DNA from: Candidatus Nanohaloarchaea archaeon
GTDB taxonomy: Archaea > Nanohalarchaeota > Nanosalinia > Nanosalinales > Nanosalinaceae
DNA length: 12,700 bases
Assembly: GCA_047617745.1 (NCBI GenBank)
Contig: JBLGBN010000023.1
Coordinates: 1-12,700, forward strand
Direction: 5' to 3'
Shown here: positions 7,325 through 12,700 of the stretch, one piece after another
How positions within the stretch are numbered: position 1 is the stretch's first letter
How the letters are laid out: each line of letters begins with the position of its first letter
The notes under the pieces: generated by a model
What the model was told of the DNA's origin: nothing
The model's database searches: none
The model's input: the letters and a program-made list of their open reading frames with translations, nothing else
Made by a program: the position numbers and the translations under genes

Positions 7325-8134
7325 ATCCGGCTTCTAACAGTCTCAAAAGACGGCGTTGAAGGCTTCGAAGGATTTTTCGAAGAGGTAAAGAACGTAAGCA
7401 TATCCAACGTCTCACCTGAGGTGATAAAAGGTGAGAGAAAAGTAAGCGTCCAGGAAGAGCAGATAGAGGATTACGACGCAGTCTTCACCGAGATACCGCC
7501 TAAAAACGCAGTTTTCGGAAGGGTTTTTCTTGAAACTATCGAGGAAAAAGGAATACCAACCGACAACCCTTCAACAGCCTATTTTACCGCCGCAAAAAAG
7601 AACTACCTTTACTACGTAATGCACAAGCGCAGCATCCCTGCCCCAAACACAGTTTCAGTGGCCGCAGAGAAAGCAGTAAGAGATGTAGAAAACCGTGTGG
7701 AACTACCTCTAGTAGCCAGAAGAATCGAGGAACTTGAGGAAACCGAGAAAAGGAAACTGGAGACCAGCGAGGAAATACAGAGCTTCTCGGAAGGCGTGGA
7801 GTACGAGGAAGATATCCTTCTTTTCCACGAGCTAAATGAAGGAGAGAAGTACCGTTGCCTTGTGATAAACAACGAGATAATATCGCTCAGAGAGGGCTCA
7901 GATGGCTGGAAATTTACGGGAGAGAACCTGAAATACTCGAACCTGTCAGATAAGCAGAAAACCTTAGTCCAGAAAACATGCGACTCAATCGGTCTTACCA
8001 TAGCCGAAATATTGATCAGAGGAGAGGAAATATACGATATAAATCCCAACCCGAACCTGGAACTCTACTCCGAAAAAGCCGGCAAAAACATTTTTTCAGA
8101 AGTAGCAGAAGCCCTGAAAGGTGATATAGAGTGA
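7325..8134 (+). CDS. Degenerate RimK-like ATP-grasp protein (probable start ATC 7325; first canonical start GTG 7421)
   Basis: Colinear with the downstream RimK paralog (EDYDAVF, KKNYLY..SIPAPNT, LPLVARR, KYRCLVI, YDINPNPNL). Similarity extends ~32 codons upstream of GTG 7421. Confidence 0.75.
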   Translation: MRLLTVSKDGVEGFEGFFEEVKNVSISNVSPEVIKGERKVSVQEEQIEDYDAVFTEIPPKNAVFGRVFLETIEEKGIPTDNPSTAYFTAAKKNYLYYVMHKRSIPAPNTVSVAAEKAVRDVENRVELPLVARRIEELEETEKRKLETSEEIQSFSEGVEYEEDILLFHELNEGEKYRCLVINNEIISLREGSDGWKFTGENLKYSNLSDKQKTLVQKTCDSIGLTIAEILIRGEEIYDINPNPNLELYSEKAGKNIFSEVAEALKGDIE

Positions 8135-9012
8135 AGCTGGCTATAATCTACGGTGAAGTATCGACCAAACACCAGATGATAATGGAGAGGGCCGAAGACA
8201 TATTTGACTCTGTTCTAGCTGTACCCGTAGACGGAATAAAGTTCCTCCACACCGGAGATGACCAGAAAGTCCTGTACAAAGATATAGACCTAACAGAATA
8301 CGACGCAGTTTACATCAGAACCGATGACCGCGACATGCTTTTCGCGGAGCACCTGGTAGAGGTCCTAAACGAGGAAGGAGTTGTCACACAGGCTGAGAAC
8401 GACACGTATGCATACGAATCGAACAAGTTCTACAGCATGAAGGTGCTGGCCGAAAACGGGATAAACGTACCTGACAGCGTATACACTCTTTCACCCGAGG
8501 TCGCAGTGAACGCAGCCAAAGAACTCGGATACCCCGTAATAATGAAAACTGTCAAAGGGGTAGGCGGAGAAGGAGTGATGAGAGCGTCAAGCGAAAACGA
8601 GCTGAAACCGGTGATGGATACAATGAAATCGTTTGAGCAGGAGATCTGTCTCCAGGAGTTCAAGGAGCACGGCGGGACAGATACGAGAGTAATTGTTATC
8701 GGGGACGAAGTTATGGCTTACTCCCGGTCCAGCGATGATGACTGGCGATCAAACATCTCAGGAGGCGGTGAACGGGTAGAGGCAGAACTGAGCCAGAAAA
8801 TGAAGGATGTCGCGAGAAAAGCAGCCGGCGTAACAGGGTTCGACATATGCGGTTGTGACGTGATTGAGAGCGATGGAGAACCCTATATACTCGAAATAAA
8901 CGGATCTTTCGGGATAAGTGAGGAAATGAACCGGATAATAGGTAAAGATGTAGTACTACGATTAGTTGAGAGGATGCATGAAAGAGCGATGAAGAAAAAG
9001 AGAAAAGATTAG
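8131..9012 (+). CDS. RimK/LysX-family ATP-grasp alpha-L-glutamate ligase-like protein
   Basis: NKFYSMKVLAENGINVPDS, GYPVIMKTVKGVGGEGV, LQEF, DTRVIVIG, WRSNISGGG, GCDVI and ILEINGSFG. SD AAGGTGA 6 nt before a GTG that overlaps the upstream stop. Confidence 0.9.
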   Translation: MKLAIIYGEVSTKHQMIMERAEDIFDSVLAVPVDGIKFLHTGDDQKVLYKDIDLTEYDAVYIRTDDRDMLFAEHLVEVLNEEGVVTQAENDTYAYESNKFYSMKVLAENGINVPDSVYTLSPEVAVNAAKELGYPVIMKTVKGVGGEGVMRASSENELKPVMDTMKSFEQEICLQEFKEHGGTDTRVIVIGDEVMAYSRSSDDDWRSNISGGGERVEAELSQKMKDVARKAAGVTGFDICGCDVIESDGEPYILEINGSFGISEEMNRIIGKDVVLRLVERMHERAMKKKRKD

Positions 9013-9944
9013 CGCGCCATCTCAATCAACGTTTCCACCACTTTCTCCATCAAAGGCTCCTTCCATGATCTGACATCTTCATCATCATAGAAAACCAGTC
9101 CCGGCTTCGAATTCATCTCAAGGATCCAGGGGCGGCCATTTTCGTCGAAAATGAAGTCGACAGCGTATACCCGATTCCCAAACTGGCTGAACCGGTCCTC
9201 AACTTCATCAACGATTTCAACCGCTCTCTCAGGAATATCTTCAACTTCTATATGATGCATCGATCCTCCTCTTGAGACATTGCTTATCAGCCCTTCGTCA
9301 GGCGTACGGACGAAACTGGCGGCTTTTTCCCCGTTAACAACAATAACCCTGAGATCGTGAACGCCCTCTATATCTAGCTCCGGGATACCAGACTCGGAAT
9401 CAATGAATCTCTGAACCAGTAGATCGTCTTCAGGTTCAAATTCCTTCATACTGTCAATAATTCTAACGCCCTTACCACCGAAATCGTACCTCGGTTTGAG
9501 AACGACGCTGCCGTATTCCTGAAGCATTTCCACAACATTTTCCTCAGACGCCCCCCTTGTCTCAGGCACTCTACCAGGAAATTCATCGTATGTCAGTAGT
9601 TTATCCTTGCATATCTCTTCCAGCTCGTAGCTGTTGAGAACGGGGAGATCATCATGCATTTTCTTCTTGATATCTACAGTTTCATCACCAAACTTGAACT
9701 TGTCAAATATACCATCGATCTCAACGTTTTCGGCCTTACTCCACTCACCGTTTCTATAGCGGTAGGCTTTCTCTAAACCATTGTCTCTATACCAGGAAAA
9801 CTTACCGATCAGTATTTCAGCACCTCTTTCCTCCGCAAGCTGGGAGAAAACAGCGTAACTCGAGTTTATATAATCCTTTTTGAACGGCTTACCTCCGTCC
9901 CAGTCAACCTCACTGTCCCATAAAACGGCTATAGTCGGTCCCAT
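9009..9944 (-). CDS. ATP-grasp peptide ligase (YheC/YheD-like or glutathione synthetase/RimK-like)
   Basis: CKDKLLTY..VPET, VVLKPRYDFGGKGV, LLVQRFID, HDLRVIVVNG, ISNVSRGGS, AVDFIFDENGRPWILEMNSKPG. Start at ATG 9944 (or 9950). Stop overlaps the convergent RimK stop (9009-9012). Confidence 0.88.
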   Translation of the reverse strand: MGPTIAVLWDSEVDWDGGKPFKKDYINSSYAVFSQLAEERGAEILIGKFSWYRDNGLEKAYRYRNGEWSKAENVEIDGIFDKFKFGDETVDIKKKMHDDLPVLNSYELEEICKDKLLTYDEFPGRVPETRGASEENVVEMLQEYGSVVLKPRYDFGGKGVRIIDSMKEFEPEDDLLVQRFIDSESGIPELDIEGVHDLRVIVVNGEKAASFVRTPDEGLISNVSRGGSMHHIEVEDIPERAVEIVDEVEDRFSQFGNRVYAVDFIFDENGRPWILEMNSKPGLVFYDDEDVRSWKEPLMEKVVETLIEMAR

Positions 9945-9996
9945 AATCATTAAACGCCGTCGAATACTTTTCAATATTACTTACAAATACCGTGAC

Positions 9997-11229
9997 ATGA
10001 CCATCCCGAAAGACAGAATTTCCCGGAAGATAGAGGAAAATAAAGAAATTAACCTGGAACTGGGTGACAGTCAGTTAATACAGGATCTCTCCGATACCGT
10101 GGAGGTTTTGCTGGACAAAACACAGTGGTTCAAGAACATACGGATTCAGAACAAGAATAACGAGCTGGAAAGGTTTAGAGAATACAGAGAAAATGGAAAG
10201 AATTACAGACCGAACTTTGAATTCGAAGAGTATCCCCACAAAACCAAGCAACTGAAACAGCTAATCGAAAAATGCAGAAGTGAAACAGAGAAGATAGATG
10301 AAAAACACCTGAAGGAATTTGGCGCAGAAACTATAGGGCCTGAGGATATGAAAGAATTTTTCACGGAGATATTCCGCGAAATAGAGCTCTACATCAAACT
10401 GGCCGACGAGATAGAGAGTGAGCAGAAGTGGCGGGAAATCTCAGAGAAAACCTGGCCGATGATCGAAAAAAGAATAGCCGAAGAATCGACAGAATACCTA
10501 AAAAACAGCGAAAACACTGAACCCAAAGGCGAAGTTTCACCGGAAAGAGTTGCGGAGATGTTCCGGAAAGAGATAGATAGACTCGGGATGGACTACAAGG
10601 TCGAGACCAGAAGAACCGCAGGCTGCTTCAACGCCCCCGAGGAGAAAACGGTCGTTGTTGCCAGAGGTGAAGAAGGCGAGAGGGTTTACTCGGAAGATGA
10701 AGCAAAGATGGTTACGATGCACGAAATCTTCCATGCTGTGAGGGCCTACAATGGATTTAAAGCCGGAGAAAAATCGGGTTTCCCTGAAATAATCGGGCTT
10801 CACACCCCTTTCTACGACAGAGCGGAGGAAGGAGGAGCACTGTACAGAGAAAAAGCAACAGAAACGATGTATACACGAAAAGAGTTCGACTACCATCTCA
10901 GACTTGTCGCGTCATATGAAATATCTGAATCAGACAATTTCAGAGAAGAATTCAGTTCCATAGCCGAAAAACTGATTGATCTCGGTGCGACAGAGGAAAG
11001 AGCTTTCCATCTTCTAGCGAGAAACAGAGAAGCTCTGCGCCACCATATCTACCTCGGCGGATACCATGACTGGAAGGATATAGAGAATAAAGAGAAGATG
11101 CTGGTCGGTAAGGTTAACGAGGAATGGGCAGACAGATTCTGGGAAGAGGCGGAAGCAGGAGGTATGATACAGAAACCTGCGATCGGTTCGGAGAAGCTTT
11201 TCGATTTCACCTTTAAAGATTCAGAGTAA
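9997..11229 (+). CDS. DUF1704 / MATCAP-like (tyrosine/phenylalanine carboxypeptidase domain) zinc metallopeptidase, 410 aa
   Basis: HEIFHAVRAYNG (from 10720) followed ~30 aa later by AEEGGALYRE (QEGLA/EEGLA-like third ligand). Also N-terminal NYRPNFEF and C-terminal HIYLGGY...MLVGKV. Start placed at ATG 9997. Confidence 0.8.
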   Translation: MTIPKDRISRKIEENKEINLELGDSQLIQDLSDTVEVLLDKTQWFKNIRIQNKNNELERFREYRENGKNYRPNFEFEEYPHKTKQLKQLIEKCRSETEKIDEKHLKEFGAETIGPEDMKEFFTEIFREIELYIKLADEIESEQKWREISEKTWPMIEKRIAEESTEYLKNSENTEPKGEVSPERVAEMFRKEIDRLGMDYKVETRRTAGCFNAPEEKTVVVARGEEGERVYSEDEAKMVTMHEIFHAVRAYNGFKAGEKSGFPEIIGLHTPFYDRAEEGGALYREKATETMYTRKEFDYHLRLVASYEISESDNFREEFSSIAEKLIDLGATEERAFHLLARNREALRHHIYLGGYHDWKDIENKEKMLVGKVNEEWADRFWEEAEAGGMIQKPAIGSEKLFDFTFKDSE

Positions 11230-11239
11230 ATAGTCGATT

Positions 11240-11623
11240 ATGGAAGATAAAATCTTGCTCGACACCAATTTTCTGGTAGCGCCATTCCAGTTTTCATTCG
11301 ACGTTTTCGAAGAGCTGGAAAGACTATACCCGCATGCCGAGATATATACTCTTGACGATGCTATACAGGAGGCAAAAAGCATCAAAGGCGGAAAGTACGG
11401 CGATCTGGTCGAACAGCTGATTGAGAAGAAAGATATCAAAGTGCTTGAAACAGAAGGCGAGGGCGAGGTTGACGATCTGATAGTAGATATCGCTGATAAA
11501 TTTGTAGTAGCTACTAACGACAAAGAGCTGAAAGAGAGGCTTCTAGACAACTCCAGACCGGTTATAATCATCCGGACCGGCGACCATCTCGAAGTGAAGA
11601 ACGGTCGGGCGCAGAATCTGTAG
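11240..11623 (+). CDS. PIN-domain nuclease (archaeal Fcf1/Utp24-like)
   Basis: KILLDTNFL...VDDLI...VVATNDKELKERL..PVIIIR. Conserved position upstream of rpoE'. Confidence 0.9.
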   Translation: MEDKILLDTNFLVAPFQFSFDVFEELERLYPHAEIYTLDDAIQEAKSIKGGKYGDLVEQLIEKKDIKVLETEGEGEVDDLIVDIADKFVVATNDKELKERLLDNSRPVIIIRTGDHLEVKNGRAQNL

Positions 11624-11637
11624 AGATACAAACCCAA

Positions 11638-11644
11638 TTTAAAA
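11638..11644 (+). promoter_or_regulatory. Putative TATA box for rpoE'-spt4-rps24e
   Basis: TTTAAAA preceded by A-rich sequence in the PIN-rpoE' gap, ~40 bp upstream of ATG 11682. Confidence 0.5.
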
Positions 11645-11681
11645 CTTGCGTCATCATTTTCTATCTGTTAAAAGGGATAAT

Positions 11682-12248
11682 ATGTACAAAAGACTGACAA
11701 TCCAGGATCAGGTAAGAGTTCCTCCACAGCACCTCGGAGAAGACGTAGAGGAAAGCGTTAAAGCAGGACTCGCAGAGGAAGCTGAAGGAACCATCAACTC
11801 GGAAATCGGAGTAGTAATCGGAGTTGAAGACGTACAGTCGATCGAAGGCGGAGAAATCCAGCCGGAAGACGCAGGAGTTTTCTACGACGTCGAATACAAC
11901 GCAATTGTCTACGAACCAGAGCTTCACGAGATAACCTTTGGAGAAGTAGTCGACATCACAGAGTTCGGAGCGTTCATCAGAATCGGACCATTCGACGGAC
12001 TATGTCACGTATCCCAGATCATGGACGAATACGTCAACCTGGATGAAGAGCAGTCAATGCTTGTCTCCGAAGAAGAACAGTTCACACTTGAAGTCGGGGA
12101 TACAGTTACATCCAGAATAATCGCAGTCAGCCTTGAGAAACAGGACACAAACAAGATCAACCTGACAATGAGGCAGCCTGGACTCGGAAAAGACGAATGG
12201 ATCGAACAGTACGAGGAAGAACAGGAAGAAGAAACGGAGGAGGAATAA
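11682..12248 (+). CDS. rpoE1: DNA-directed RNA polymerase subunit E' (Rpo7)
   Basis: MYKRLTIQDQVRVPP, S1 domain GEVVDITEFGAFIRIGPFDGLCHVSQIMD, and KINLTMRQPGLGKDEW. Start at ATG 11682. Confidence 0.97.
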   Translation: MYKRLTIQDQVRVPPQHLGEDVEESVKAGLAEEAEGTINSEIGVVIGVEDVQSIEGGEIQPEDAGVFYDVEYNAIVYEPELHEITFGEVVDITEFGAFIRIGPFDGLCHVSQIMDEYVNLDEEQSMLVSEEEQFTLEVGDTVTSRIIAVSLEKQDTNKINLTMRQPGLGKDEWIEQYEEEQEEETEEE

Positions 12249-12251
12249 CTT

Positions 12252-12440
12252 ATGGCAGAAAAAGCATGCAAACAGTGCAACAGGATCGTTGAAGACGAGA
12301 CAGAATGTCCTGTATGTAAAAACAACGACCTATCCGGCTCATGGAGCGGACTTGTTGTAATCTACGATCCGGAAGACTCCGAGATCGCTGAAAGACTTGA
12401 AATCCAGACACCCGGGAAATACGCTATTCGAACGAGGTAA
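12252..12440 (+). CDS. spt4: Transcription elongation factor Spt4 (RpoE'')
   Basis: KACKQC...CPVC zinc ribbon and WSGLVVIYDPEDSEIAERLEI..PGKYAI. Confidence 0.96.
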   Translation: MAEKACKQCNRIVEDETECPVCKNNDLSGSWSGLVVIYDPEDSEIAERLEIQTPGKYAIRTR

Positions 12441-12449
12441 AACTATACT

Positions 12450-12700
12450 ATGGACGCAACACTAACATCTGTAAGAGAAAACCCTCTTCTCGGCAGAAGA
12501 GAAGTAGAGGTAGAAGTAAACCACGAAGGAGAACCAACACCTTCAAAAGAAGACATCAAAAGCCGTGTAGCAGCAGAAAACGATCTGGACGCAGAAAAGA
12601 TCGAAGTAGAATCCGTTTACACGGGATACGGCGAGAACACGTCGAGAGGAACCCTCAAAGTGTACGAGGAATTTGAGTACGACGAAGAACTCGAAGAGAA
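12450..12700 (+). CDS. rps24e: 30S ribosomal protein S24e (eS24), 3' end outside the window
   Basis: Hand translation: MDATLTSVRENPLLGRREVEVEVNHEGEPTPSKEDIKSRVAA...VESVYTGYGENTSRGTLKVYE. SD-like GAGGT at 12434-12438. Confidence 0.94.
   Translation, partial: MDATLTSVRENPLLGRREVEVEVNHEGEPTPSKEDIKSRVAAENDLDAEKIEVESVYTGYGENTSRGTLKVYEEFEYDEELEE

Noticed and set aside
8131..9012. Specific assignment as lysX, argX, cofF, mptN or rimK
   Set aside because: Motifs support the family only, and no pathway partner genes are in the window, so no gene symbol is given.
9880..9996. Track's extended starts for the peptidase (9880) and the third ligase (9974); likewise trkA 2409 and rpoE' 11646
   Set aside because: The extensions overlap neighbouring genes or promoters and are compositionally atypical. 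Downstream ATGs fit better.
5774..11239. Mobile element or defence island interpretation of the inserted block
   Set aside because: No recombinase, transposase, att-like repeats, tRNA target or recognisable defence domains were seen.
11240..11623. PIN gene as a VapC toxin of a toxin-antitoxin pair
   Set aside because: No antitoxin gene upstream. Sequence and position match the housekeeping Fcf1-like PIN next to rpoE'.
12211..12245. GAA/GAG-rich low-complexity run
   Set aside because: It simply encodes the acidic tail of RpoE' and is not a repeat element.
4479..12325. Numerous Ser/Phe-rich minus-strand ORFs (e.g. 5023-5670, 7612-8049, 11221-11637, 12005-12325)
   Set aside because: Expected antisense artefacts of GAA/GAG/GAC-rich acidic coding strands.

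Overview
Archaeal genomic DNA with a strongly acidic (salt-in type) proteome, compact gene packing and moderate GC. It is most consistent with a Nanohaloarchaeota/DPANN halophile (inference). Left part, minus strand: trkH-trkA K+ uptake genes, a small orphan ORF and a CPD-type photolyase that runs off the window and is missing from the ORF track. The photolyase has unusual substitutions at the FAD site. Plus strand: the conserved archaeal information-processing cluster rps6e - eIF2gamma - PIN - rpoE' - spt4 - rps24e. It is interrupted by an orphan ORF (between rps6e and eIF2gamma) and by a ~5.4 kb five-gene block (between eIF2gamma and PIN). That block encodes an MscS-like membrane protein fused to a catalytically dead C39-like domain, a degenerate RimK-like ATP-grasp protein that appears to start at a non-AUG (ATC) codon, an intact RimK-like ligase, a third (YheC/D-like) ATP-grasp ligase, and a divergently transcribed DUF1704/MATCAP-like metallo-carboxypeptidase. 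It looks like a peptide writer/eraser (possibly glutamylation or polyglutamate) system and is the main candidate for a novel system. No RNA genes, CRISPR arrays or mobile elements were recognised. All family assignments come from motif recognition by eye, not from database searches.
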